64,000 nucleotides of DNA from Somniosus microcephalus. Its lineage: Eukaryota. The notes beneath the pieces are model-generated. The model was not told the origin of the DNA and searched no databases. It saw nothing but the letters and a program-made list of their open reading frames with translations. The position numbers and the translations under genes were made by a program. The stretch spans positions 329,902,001-329,966,000 of the forward strand of contig CM126205.1 of NCBI GenBank assembly GCA_052327205.1, written 5' to 3'. This document shows positions 1-11,695 of the stretch, in pieces (position 1 is the stretch's first letter; each line of letters opens with the position of its first letter).

Positions 1-992
1 TAAAGAAGGAAAAAGATCTAATTTGCAGGCGAACTAATTTGAAACCCCAGCAAAAAAAAACAAACAAACAGGGATTTGGAAACTAGGGAAAGCTGTTGAG
101 TCACAGATTTAAAAAGGAAGGAAAAGATAAACTTAAAGCTTTACCAACATGGAAGTTATTAGCATCTGTACCAAGACAAGTAAAACACGAGGTTTGCTGA
201 GTGAAAGGAACCTTAGACATATGTTGGAATTACAGTTTGTATAAAAATGTGTGTGTGGATGTTTTCCTGATTAGGAATGTTTAAGAGGTTACAGTATTCC
301 TTTGTCTGAAAATCTGTCCGTTAAGAAAAAGAACTGTCTGCTGTGTGTTGTAGCCCCACCCACTTCTCTGTGTTAAAGAAAAAGCATTTAACCCCTTTGT
401 CTGGCCTTGGATTTTGGAAGTTTAAGAATGTGCAAATAAGATTGTGCCCTCAGAATGAAAAAAAAACCTATTACAATTTAAGTTAAGCTGGAGTGTAAAA
501 ACTGAGAAGAGCAACAAAAAGTTTGTTTAATGAAAGATTAAGTTTCAGTCTAAGATCTAACCTTGGAGTTATGAGGTAAATTAACCTATTAAAACCAGAC
601 TTTCATTGTGGCCACAGTGAAATTCTGGTTGATGTAAATTGGTGTAGTCCGAATTGAATAAGATAACTCCACTCCGCAAGAATATCTGATAGTGGCAGGT
701 CCCTCTACAATATTTAATTGACCATGGTACTGGAAGCCTTATAGAAGGCGGGACTAGAGTTAAACCTTAGAAAGGTATAGGTAGGGAAGGATGAAGTAGT
801 CGACCTAGGATACATAGTGACACAAGGGAAGAGACAAATGCCCAAAAACAGATGGGAGGGGCATTAGGACTGGCTGCGTGCTCTGATTGCTCGCAAGCTT
901 CTAGGGATGGCAACAGGAGGGGACCGCGCCAGAGAGGGGAGGGGGATCCGAGGATGTTTGTTGATGCATTGGTAGGGGGCCGACAGTGAAAA

Positions 993-1260
993 ATGTTAAT
1001 AGACACAGGAGCCACAATCTCATTGACAGACTTACCCTTGCCCCGAACGAAACTTTCAGTTAGTATAGCAGGAATCGGTGGACGAAGAATCAGGACTTAT
1101 AAGAGCGAAACAGTCTTACTAGAAATTGGATGTATAATAATACCTACACAGTTGTGGGTATGCGAGAACACCGAAGGAACAATCCTAGGGATAGATATAC
1201 TGCGAGAAGTAGGAGCTTTAGTCGACCCTAAAGCGAATGAAGTGTACTGGCCCCCAGATT
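993..1260 (+). pseudogene. pro: Retroviral aspartic protease
   Basis: MLIDTGATIS active site, SIAGIGG flap, ILGIDIL C-terminal motif in ORF 993..1340. Confidence 0.85.
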
Positions 1261-1334
1261 ATAAGTCAAACAAACAGGCAGGCCCGGGAAACAAAGTAGA
1301 AATGGCCCAGCCTATACAGGATTTGATCAAAAGG

Positions 1335-1600
1335 GGGTAGCCAAAGGAAAATGTGTAAACCTATATAGATAGTCGGAATGCCTTTGGGGTGGTGTCTGAT
1401 TACATGATAGCGGGAGTAGGCAGGGATATATGACACCAGGAGAAGACCCGTAAGAGACAAGAATATAATCAAGGAATGAGTAGGAACCTCTCTCCTACCC
1501 AAAGAGTGCATAATAATAAATTAAAGCACACAAGAGGATGGGCAGCTAAACGAGCAATTGAGAGAGGGAATCTGACCAATGAAGCCCAAATGTTCATGTT
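1335..1600 (+). pseudogene. pol: Retroviral RNase H remnant (frameshifted)
   Basis: Reconstructed AKGKCVNLYIDSRNAFGVVSDYM resembles the retroviral GKxVNIYTDSRYAFGVVHD motif; followed by K-H...RGN. Confidence 0.7.
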
Positions 1601-2009
1601 GAATCAAAGTGTGAAACCACAACTGTCTTTCAGTCAGGGATGTTTTTTTGGGTTGCGTGAAGTGACGCAATAATGTTTAGCTCCACCTTCAAAAGCCTGC
1701 GAAGGAGTTAACCCTTTCCACTGACAGCTGTTTGAGTTCACCAAGCAACAACTTCAGTATTACTGAATAGAATTTAAAGATATTGGACATTAATAAATGT
1801 AAATTTCTTAATGTTGAGTTAATATTTCCCCACAGTGATAGAAGGAAAATTAGGATTTGATAAATGGAAGTTATCTTATAAACTAATTGCAGCACCGTCT
1901 CAAACGGCAGGGAGACTGCTTGGGAAGCCGTCCTGTTACCCAAAGATAAATCTGGACAGATAGTTAGAGACATGAGGCCAAAGACCAACAGATTATACGG
2001 GATCGAGAA

Positions 2010-2215
2010 CAGGATACACGGGACGACCAGAAAGAGGTCTTAGCAATAGATAGCAAAGTGATAGCAGAAATAATACCAGCCAAACCAGGGCTAGCACCCA
2101 GATGGTCAGGACCTTATGAAGTATTAATGAATAATGACACATGTGCTCATGTAGATGGGTCTGGAACGGGTAAAGGAAGGTGGAAACACTGGACTCAGTT
2201 AAAAATATATAAGAA
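2010..2215 (+). pseudogene. pol: Integrase C-terminal (GPY/F) remnant
   Basis: APRWSGPYEVLMNNDTCAHV...GRWKHWTQLK reads across ~2095-2210. Confidence 0.7.
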
Positions 2216-2430
2216 AGACAATGAGTAAACCAGAGATGGTGCCCTTTTTGACAGAGGGAGGAGTATACTAGAAGATATAAAGAATGGGAAGGGGAGTTAC
2301 TACATATATCAATGATAGGGCTGTGTATGATGATAATATTATATGCCATAGTTTGCATCTTCAGGTATGTCTGGGGACAGAGCCACAGAACAAGAAATGA
2401 ACCAGATGTACAGCATTTTGAACTGATAAA

Positions 2431-4127
2431 ATGGATAAGAGCAGAATAATTCTAACTGGCTGGTGACGACCAGCCCCCTTTTTGTAATTACAGGAACATT
2501 GGACGTCCGGAATGAGATGGAGCGTCCTCGCCTTGATTCTAGGGATAAATATAAGTATTGCCATTATCGAGGGGGATTAGTAATAAGGAGAACACAGGAT
2601 GAGGTGTATTTTAGTGTAGCACGTAGAGTTACTAAGCTTGCCATTAATATGAGTACTTTTGAGATACAAAACAAACCTGGAACTCCCTGTGGGTAAAACA
2701 ATTAGAGGATCCACAGGAAAAATCTGTCTTACAAAGATGTAAGAAACGGGGAGTATTGGAAACGACCGGAGCAGGGTATGCGGCCGGGTTAGCAACAGTT
2801 AATAGCTTGGACATAGAAGGAGTAAACGAAGGAGTAGAAGAATTACAAGCAAAAATAGAGAAGTTACTAAAACAAGCTACTGGAAATAGCCAGCAATTGA
2901 CACTGGCAGGGAAACCAAACAATAATGCAATTGTCGGGGGTGGAAGAGATAGTAGCCCCCCATGCAGAAACAATCAATACAATTATTGATAGACTTAATA
3001 ATGCTTCTCACCAAACCGATAAGGAACTAATATGTGCCACGTAGGGCTCATGGATATTGTCGAATGCTCAGCATAACATGAGGCAAATAAATAATGGACA
3101 GATCCATGATTGGATTACTAATAAGGATCTGGAACCTTGGATTGACACAAATAAAAGCCTATGTAAGGAGTGTAAAATGGGACAAGTACACCGGGCAGGC
3201 GATTGTCTGACCCCATGGACTACGATGATTGGCTTTGTACTGGCCATCCCACAATTCCCAGAAGGGGGACAACCCCGATACGATGTGATTAATATAGGAG
3301 AAGTACAAAGGGAAAGTGGGTTAAATATCATGATGTCCCTACCAAGGCGCTTTGGGAAAGGGATGAAGATAATAAACAGAAGAATGAAACCTAAAGGGGG
3401 GTGGTAGTGGACGGGTGCCACCACAAGGGAAGGACATGGGTGTGCACACACCCCCCCACCGAGGGAGACACATCCGAGTACGGATTTACGAAAATTACCA
3501 ATTGCACCCTTGAGGTTCACCCAAGGGGATACACTGGACCTGGGTAGCATCAAGGAACAATGGGACCTGTTGTGTCACCACAATTGAACAGAAATATGAA
3601 TATCAAGATATGGCTTATACCATTCCCTAACCAAACCGTTGTATTGGTCTAAAGATACCTATACAGATAGGAAAACCTGGTCATTTGATAATATGAGACT
3701 TACTAAAAAGGGTTGAAACTAATGTCATACCAGAGCCCAAGGCAATTCCTAAGTTAGAGGAAGCTTGCCAGAAGTTACGGCAGGAAACGAAGGAAATTTT
3801 AAAGTACTATCATAAAATAGAAGAAGGCTTAAAGAAACAACAAAAAGACATTAGTACAACATTAGAGGAAACTCACCCACTTCCTCATATTTTGATAATT
3901 GGGGATCAGGATGGTCGGGGACTTTGGGCGCCTCGGTGGTACAAGGCATAATGATATTCCTCTTGATTGTTATTCTGATATATTGTGTATTTTTATTTCT
4001 CCAGTGCCTTTGTGCCAGAATGAGTAAGGCCGAAATTGGTGCGGTGAAAGAAGTAGAGCCTGAGGAGGGGCAGGTAGCGATGTTAAGAATGGACAACTCC
4101 CCCGCCTCTCCAAGGCAAATGGTGTAA
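2431..4127 (+). pseudogene. env: Envelope/fusion glycoprotein, multiply frameshifted
   Basis: Signal-like start at ATG 2431; basic site RCKKR at 2735-2749; fusion peptide GVLETTGAGYAAGLATVNSLDIE; heptad VEELQAKIEKLL; Cys-containing ectodomain; TM IMIFLLIVILIYCVFLFL; cytoplasmic tail to stop at 4127. Confidence 0.8.
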
Positions 4128-4598
4128 GACACGATGGGAAGCCCTGAAATTATATGGGATTAATTGGGCATGGTAATTAATGACCGGGCCGGCCAACCGT
4201 AAGATGGAGGTGGCAGAAGGAGGGTGGCAGAAGGAGGGTGGTGAATGAGGACTGGTGTGTGATGACAGTCTCGAATTGGCACGTCACACACCCCACGTGG
4301 GAATGAGGGACAGGCTTGAGCAGAAAAGCCTCAACCATTAGTGCAGGGTCTAAGGGGCCCCGGGAATGGTTACACCGGACGGAGTGCATAAAGGAAAGCC
4401 CACCCTAAAGGAAAGACCACCGTAAAGGAAAGACCACCATACCACAGAGGGGGAAGTCGGCCTCCAAATTGATAAGATATATATACGTATAACGTAAACT
4501 GGTAGAAGGCCAGGGAGTGCACGCTCTGGCAGACACCAGGAAGTGGAAATACATGTTGACCTGTTTGGAGCAATTGTCCAAAGGTCAAAAGGGGGGAC

Positions 4599-5411
4599 TG
4601 AAGTAAGATATTAAAAAATTGGATTTAATAAGGTAAAACAAACCAGGATTCATCTGTAACACCAATATACAAAATGGAGGGAATAGGTTAATTCGTGCTC
4701 TGAGTTGAACAATAGAAGTCTGTAAAAGTTGTATAAACCCAGATAAGGTTTAAACAGGACTACGGGTTAACTGCTGAGAGATTAAAACTGTCAAAACAAC
4801 CCCTTAGAAAGAGGGAGAGATATATGGGTTCGGCCACGCGAGTCGACACCTATGCACTTGAAGGGTTTGTTAGTGTGAAGCTCAACAGGGTTCTATTCTT
4901 TAAACTAACTAAAGTGTTTTTGCTCTGTAGAAATAATTCAAGAGAGAGAGACAGAAAGTCTGCGGATTGCCCGCTTTGGAAAGATCTACTATCTTAGAGA
5001 AATACTTAAAAAGACCAAGCCATCTGACAACAGCAAATGGACGATCATAAAGTAATAAAGTTGAGGCCCGGGGTCATGAGAAAGTAACAGGACCAACTGA
5101 TAACGAAATGTGAGATTTGTAAGCGACTGGAAGAATGGAATGTCACGGTTTTATAATTACAATTTAACTATAATTCTGTATATGCTAATAAGCTTATCCC
5201 CGCCTTTAGGGCAGGGCCTTAATTTTTGTATAATTGTGTGAACCTCAAGAGATTCGGTGGAGTTGGAGCCTTGTGTTGGGACGCAAGAGCCATAGCTCCC
5301 CAGGCCTGAATAAACCGTTTTTACTTCAATTATTGGGTCTGTCTTTCTTACATCAAGCCAGTGTTGTCGACTTTGTATATCACTTAGTCCACACTTTGGG
5401 GTCTTACATCA
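4599..5411 (+). repeat. ERV 3' LTR (~813 bp)
   Basis: Directly after PPT 4587-4598; starts TGAAGTAAGA and ends TCTTACATCA (terminal inverted repeat, 1 mismatch); AATAAA near 5308; an alternative end at 5355 has the same 10-mer. Confidence 0.8.
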
Positions 5412-6164
5412 CCAACTAGAACAGGCACTGAGTTAAGATGAGAGGAACTGGCTGGGTTTGGTTCTGAGGGTGGGGCTATGGGCCAGAGGCAGGTCTGAAA
5501 TGTTTGGGACACCGGAAGGCCAGCATGGAGCAGGAATAGGGCATGGTGGGCCAGGAATGGACCATGGCAGTTTTAGGGGTGGGCCAGGACAGGTTGGGAA
5601 GCAGTCAAGCTGGCGGAGAGAGGGCGGCAGTGTGGCAGGACTCATGGGAGGCAAGGACAGGATTGTTAAAAGGGAAGCAGACCTCCCATATCATTGCTCG
5701 GGGCTACTCCAGGGGGTGGAGAAAGTTGCCAGAGGAGGAAAGTAGTCACGGCCTCAGCAAACCTCAGGGCAAAATTTAATAGGCATATTTCTGAGAGGAG
5801 TTGAGCAATTTTATGGGTAAATTGATTTTTTTTGTTGAAATTTCTTTACATTTTTATGTTTGCTATCGTATAAATTTGCATTTTTTTTTTAAACGTGTGT
5901 GTTGGTTCACGCTCCAACAACAGCATGAGCCTTGTCAATAAAAACTAGGTGCACTAAAGTTTATTTTGTGAGTTTTCTTGTACCCTCTGATGCATTTTGT
6001 TGGTTGGTTTTGCTGGGTAGTCAGCCGCTTCTGCATTTTTGTTTATTCATTCCCCTGCCATTACTTCAATCCGTTGTTCCTGGTTGTTGCTGGGAGGTGG
6101 GCAAGCCTCAGTGTGTTCTGAATGCATTACATAATTGAGAGGAAGAGGAGGAGTTGGTGAGGGG

Positions 6165-6393
6165 TGTTATAAATCTCATCGTCGTAAAGAATCTACTCAT
6201 GAAATAATGCTGGACGGCCAGCTGGTGGCGCCGTCCAAGGAGTATAAATACTCGGGCGTGGGCCCAGCTTGCTCAGGGACATTTTGTAAGACAGGAACTA
6301 GTGAAGTATAACTAGACCTCCATGTTCTGAAACAAGTTGATTAAAGCCTTGCTTTATACTCAAACCAAGTGCGTAGTGAGTTTTATTACGTCA
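6165..6393 (+). mobile_element. Solo LTR (229 bp)
   Basis: TG...CA termini, 5-bp TSD AGGGG on both sides, TATAAATA at ~6243, ATTAAA at ~6340. Confidence 0.8.
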
Positions 6394-6519
6394 AGGGGCC
6401 CAGCAAATTCTGGTGCATTGACCTCTCTGGACTTGTGGCCACACCCAAGGAGCCGCCACAGGCACGATGGGCCGAATGGCCTCCTTCTGTGCTGTATCAT
6501 TCTATGACAGGCTGCTGCA

Positions 6520-6830
6520 TAATATCCTGCATGCAACATCTGCTCAGAGACTGCTCATTCTGTAGAAGTAAAAAGCGGTCACGGCATGAGGCTTTCACGC
6601 TAATGCATCCTTCCAAGCCACCTCAGGGGACATCCGCCACATCAGGCGATCTGCATTACACACATCAAGACAGTGACCACACCCACGTTTCCAAGGGACT
6701 GTGTCTTAATCACTTTTCCTGCGGAAAGGAAACATCTGCTGGACATAACGCACAGCTGTCACCAGGCGGCTGGGTTCCCTCACGTACATGATACCCATGT
6801 GGGCATTAGGGTTCTTCAGGCTAACCTCAT
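6520..6830 (+). pseudogene. Degenerate PIF/Harbinger (HARBI1-like) transposase fragment
   Basis: Translates to FHANASFQATSGDI and ITFP...AAGFPHV..THVGIR, matching the same motifs in the transposases at 41799-43014 and 48770-49310. Confidence 0.6.
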
Positions 6831-6841
6831 TACAAAGTATT

Positions 6842-7145
6842 TACAGCACAGAAACAGGCCATTCGGCCCAACTGGTCCATGCGGTGTTTATGCTCCACAC
6901 GAGCCTCCTCCCACCCTACTTCATCTAACCCCAATCAACATATCCTTCTATTCCTTTCTCCCTCATTTGCTTATCTAGCTTCCCCTTGAATGCATCTATG
7001 CTATTTACCTCAACTATTCCTTGTGGTGGCGCATTGGACATTCTAACCACACTGAGTTGTTGTGATCTGGAATGCACTGCCTGAAAGGGTGGTGGAAACA
7101 GATTCAATAGTAGCTTTCAAAAGGGAATTGGATAGATAACTGAAA
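6842..7145. mobile_element. CR1 LINE 3'-end fragments (minus-strand tail plus a short plus-strand piece)
   Basis: VEVNSIDAFKGKLDKQMREKGIEGY ORF2 C-terminus and CR1 3' UTR. Confidence 0.75.
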
Positions 7146-7687
7146 CGTTCATGAAAAGAAAGGGTTTGCACTCAATTAATGTTCAAGTGGTATCTGACCA
7201 CAGAAACATCATCATAGATGACAGTGGCCGTTATCCAGCAAGCAGCCATCATGGAACATTGTTTAAAAGACACTGAATAATTGGCTGTTAGGAGAAGAGC
7301 AATATCCTCTGCATTCATTGCTGCTGACCCCATTGAGAAACCCCCTAACAGCAAAGGAACACACCAACCTTTCTAGATAAACATACGGTGTTGGCGTAAT
7401 GCACTATTTCACAACAAAACTCTCAAATTTCTGCATTTACTGCATGTTACACAGTTTGCAATTTATGCAATTTTGCATACAAAATTCTAGAGATAGTAAA
7501 AAGGCTAATTTCTGAGCGAATATGAGTGTTGCAAAATCACTCGATGCAACAAATAACTTGCACTAACCACAGTTTGCAAGTTTTTTTATGGTACAACGTA
7601 TATGTTCCTAACCCTTGATGTTCATGGCTGAAATATTTCATCGAGCACCATTGGACTGTTTCTGTCATGGATGAGAATGGTAGTGGG

Positions 7688-8050
7688 ATGTGGGCGTCAC
7701 TGGCAAGGCCAGCATTTATTGCCCATCCCTAGTTGCCCTTGAGAAGGTGGTGGTGAGCTGCCTTCTTGAACCGCTGCAGTCCGTGTGGTGAAGGTACCCC
7801 CACAGTGCTGTTAGGGAGGGAGTCCCAGGATTTTGACCCAGTGACGATGAAGGATCAGCGATATATTTCCAAGTCAGGATGGTGTGTGTGACTTGGAGGG
7901 GAACTTGGAGGTGGTGGTGTTCCCATGCGCCTGCTGCCCTTGTCCTTCTAGGTGGTAGAGGTCGAGGGTTTGGGAGGTGCTGCCAAAGAAGCCTTGGCGA
8001 GTTGCTGCAGTGCATCTTGTAGATGGTACACACTGCAGACACGGTGTGCC
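7688..8050 (-). mobile_element. 3' end of a second LINE family (CR1-group)
   Basis: Reverse complement of the 63215-63636 copy (IYKMHCSNSPRLL..HLPNPRPLPPRRTR). Confidence 0.75.
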
Positions 8051-8149
8051 ATCAGAATTTGACAACAGACTATCAGATAAAAATGGACCTAATCACAATT
8101 CTGTCATGATCACTGGGACAGTGTGTGGGCATGACAGGTGAGTGAAGAA

Positions 8150-8525
8150 GGTTGAGGGGTGATCTAATTGAGGTATTTAAAATGATAAATTGATAGTATA
8201 GTTACAGAGAGACGATTTCCTCCGCAGGGTGAAATCAAGAACGGGGGGGCTTGATCTCAAAATTAGAGCTGGGCCATTTGGGAGAGAAATCAGGAGGCAC
8301 TTTTTCACACAAAGGGTAGTGAAAATCTGGATCTCCCTCCCCCAAAAGGCTGTGGGTGCTGGGTCAATTGAAATTTTCAGGACTGAGATCGATGTATTTT
8401 TTTTAGGTAAAGGCATCAAGAGATATGGAACAAAGGCAAGTGAATGAGGTTGAGGTACAGATGTGCCACGATCTAATTGGTTGGAGGAAGAGACTCGAGG
8501 GGCTGAGTAGTGTTTGTTTCTATGT
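8150..8525 (+). mobile_element. CR1 LINE 3' fragment
   Basis: RGDLIEVFK...RRHFFTQRVVKIW CR1 ORF2 C-terminus. Confidence 0.8.
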
Positions 8526-8833
8526 GTAGAATCCTAGCTTCATTGAATGTTTGCACATGCTCCAATAGGGATTACTGGATATGGATTAGAACCAGGGACC
8601 CCCACCGTTTTTCCTTTCCTTAACAAGTAGCACCGAGACCAACTGAATTGCCCCTACTGCTGGCCCAGTTGAGACCCGCTAATTTAGCAAACCTGTGACA
8701 TTTCTGGTCTGCAGATACCACTGATTAAACTCTCTGAACCATTAATGGAGCCCTTAAGGTGTCTATTTTAGTTGTATATGGTTAATATTCCAGCTCTAAA
8801 CCAACTCCTGATAATTGAATGTTTTCTTTTTAA

Positions 8834-9280
8834 GAACATAAGAACATAAGAAATAAGAGCTGGAGTAGGCCATTTGGCCCTTCGAGCTTGCTCCGCCATT
8901 CAATAAGATCTTGGCTGATCTTCCAACTCATCTCCACCTTGCCGCACTATCCCCATATCCCTTAATTCACTTAGTTAATTTCCCAAAAATTTAGTGACTT
9001 CTGTCTTGAATATACTCAGCGACTGAGCATCCACTGCCCTCTGAGGGAGAGAATTCCAAAGATTCACAACCCTCTCCTCATCTCAGTCCTAAATGGCCGA
9101 CCCATTATTCTGAGATTGTGACCCCCAGTTCTGGATTTCCCAGCCAGGGGAAACATTTTCTTAGCATTAACCCTGTCAAGCCACTTAAGAATTTTGTATG
9201 TTTCAATTAGATCACCTCTCATTCTTCTAAACTCTAGGGAATATAGGCCTAGTCTACTCAATTTCTCCTCATAGGGCAAT
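8834..9280 (-). mobile_element. CR1 LINE 3' fragment with tail repeats
   Basis: AAGAACAT tail repeats; YEEKLSRLGLYSLEFRRMRGDLIETYK. Confidence 0.85.
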
Positions 9281-9299
9281 CCTATGCATGGAAGCAGAG

Positions 9300-11347
9300 G
9301 GTATGGCTGAGGTACTAAATGAGCACTTTGCATCTGCCTTCACCAAGGAAGAGGATGCTGCCACAGACATAGTATAGTAATCTGGGATGTAATGTTCAAG
9401 TTATCCACCAGATGGAGGCAAATATTAAGGGTTCACATTCACCAGTTTTTAAGGTAATGGGTCATATATTCAAAGTCCTGGTACACCAGTTTATACGGCA
9501 ATGTGGCATTGCATTATGGGTATGACTCAGAGGTGAATCCTCCATCTTGCCATCGTGCAGTAAGAATTGTGTGCTTTGCTTGCAGCCAGTAAGAGATGTT
9601 TCTCTGCTAAACCGGGTAAATAAACAGTTGGGTTTTGTTCCTAATATCTCGCTTCTCTCAGTTTCTGACCTTACCACTCGGATATCACACATAGTAAATG
9701 AGGAGGTGCTGGAGATACTTGATAAGATAAACATTGATAAAGAGGAGGTATTAGAAAGGCTGGCTGTACTTAAAGTAGATAAATCACCAGGAGCGGATGG
9801 GATGCATCCTAAAATGCTGAGGGAATTAAGGGAGGAAATCGCGGAGGTACTGGCCATAATATTCCAATCCTCCTTAGATACGGGGTTGGTGCCAGAGGAC
9901 TGGAGAATTGCAAATGTTACACCATTGTTCAAAAAAGGGTGTAAAGATAAACCCAGCAACTACAGGCCAGTCAGTTTGACCCCGGTAGTGGGGAAGCTTT
10001 TAGAAACAGTAATCAGGGACAACATTTACAGTCACTTGGACAAGTGTAGATTAATTAAGGAAAGCCAGCACGGATTTGTTAAAGGCAAATTGTGTTTAAC
10101 TAACTTGATTGAGTTCTTTGATGAGGTAACAGAGAGGGTTGACGAGGGCAATGCGGTTGATGTAGTGTACATGGATTTCCAAGAGACATTCGACAAAGTG
10201 CCACATAATAGGCTTGCCAGCAAAGTTGAAGCCCATGGAATAAAAGGGACAGTGGCAGCATCGATACGAAATTGGCTAAGTGACAGGAAACAGAGAGTAG
10301 TGGTGAACGGTTGTTTTTCGGACTGGAGGAAGGTATACAGTGGTGTTCCCCAGGGATCGGTTCTAGGACCACTGCTTTTCTTGATATATATTAATGACTT
10401 GGACGTGGGTGTACACGGCACAATTTCTAAATTTGCAGATGAAACAAAACTTGGAAGTACAGTAAAAAGTGAGGAGGAGAGTGATAGACTTCAGGAATAC
10501 ATAGACAGGCTGGTGAAGTGGGCAGACATGTGACAGATGAAATTTAACGCAGATACATTTTGGTAGAAAGAATGAGGAGAGGACATATAAAGTAAATGGT
10601 ACAATCCTGAAGGGGGTGCATGGACAGAGAGACCTGGGGGTATGTGTTCACAAATTGTTGAAGCTGGTAGGGCAGGTTGAGAAAGCAGTTAAAAAGGCTT
10701 ACGGGATCCTGGGCTTCATAAATAGATAAAGGTATAGAGTACAAAAGTGTGGAAATTATGATGAAGCTGTATAAAACACTGGTTCGGTCACAACTGGAGT
10801 ACTGTGTCCAATTCTGGGCACCACACTTTAGGAAGGATGTAAAGGCCTTAGAGAGGGTGCAGAAAAGATTTACGAGAATGATTCCAGGAATGAGGGACTT
10901 CAGTTACGTTGATAGACTAGAGAAGCTGGGGTTGTTCTCCTTGGAGCAGAGAAGATTGAGAGGAGATTTGATAGAGGTGTTTAAAATCATGAGGGCTCTG
11001 GACAGAATAGATAGAGGGAAACTGTTCCCTTTGGGAGAAGGGTCGAGAACCAGATGACACAGATTTAAGGTGATTAGCAAAAGAACCAATGTAAGAAAAA
11101 AACTTTTTTACGCAGCGAGTGGTTAAGATCTGGAATGCACTGCCTGAAAGGGTGGTGGAGGCAGATTCAATCATGGCTTTCAAAAGGGAGTTGGATAAGT
11201 ATCTGAAGGAAATAAATTTGCAGGGCTCCGGGGAAAGGGCGGGGGAGTAGCTGAAGTGCGCTTGCAGAGAGCCGGCACAGGCTCGACGGGCTGAATGGTC
11301 TTCTTCCATGCTGTAACCATTCTATGATTCCATTCTGTGATTCTATG
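9300..11347 (+). mobile_element. 5'-truncated CR1 LINE (ORF2 RT to 3' tail), interrupted by a solo LTR
   Basis: RT motifs KSPGADG, NYRPVSLT, QHGF, GVPQGSVLGP, FADE (YADD-equivalent mutated); ends in ATTCTATG tail repeats. Confidence 0.92.
9373..9689 (+). mobile_element. Solo LTR (317 bp) inserted in CR1 ORF2
   Basis: 5-bp TSD CATAG (9368-9372 and 9690-9694); termini TA(probably from TG)...CA; AATAAA near 9618; CR1 sequence is continuous when it is removed. Confidence 0.75.
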
Positions 11348-11695
11348 AATCCCCTCATCCCAGGAACCAGTCTAGTGAACCTTTGTTGCACTCCCTCTAA
11401 GGCAAGTATGTCTTTCCTTAGGTAAGGAGACCAGAACTGTACATAGTATTCTAACGTTTGGCCTCACTAATGCCCTGTATAATTGTAGTAAGACGTCTTT
11501 CCTTTTATAATCTAATCCTTTTGTAACAAAGGCTAACATACCATTTGTTTTCCTAATTGCTTGCTGTACCTGCCTGTTAACTTTCTGTGATTCATGTACA
11601 AGGACATCCAGGTCCCTCTGAATGCAAACATTTCCCAGTCTCTCACCATTCAAAAAATATTCTGCTTTTTTGTTTCTCCTACCAAAGTGGATAAC
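11348..11695 (-). mobile_element. CR1 LINE ORF2 fragment, opposite orientation, abutting the previous tail
   Basis: QRDLDVLVHESQKV..QVQQAIRKTNGML...QQRFTRLVPG. Confidence 0.8.

Larger units (their letters stand above)
1..5411 (+). mobile_element. Endogenous retrovirus, degenerate and internally deleted (5' LTR lies outside the window)
   Basis: Ordered retroviral remnants: protease (LIDTGA), RNase H motif, integrase C-terminal GPY motif, env with furin site and TM anchor, PPT AAAAGGGGGGAC, then TG...CA LTR. Confidence 0.85.

Noticed and set aside
1-990. ERV gag ORF
   Set aside because: Position implies leader/gag, but there is no sustained ORF, CCHC knuckle or MHR, so it is not called separately.
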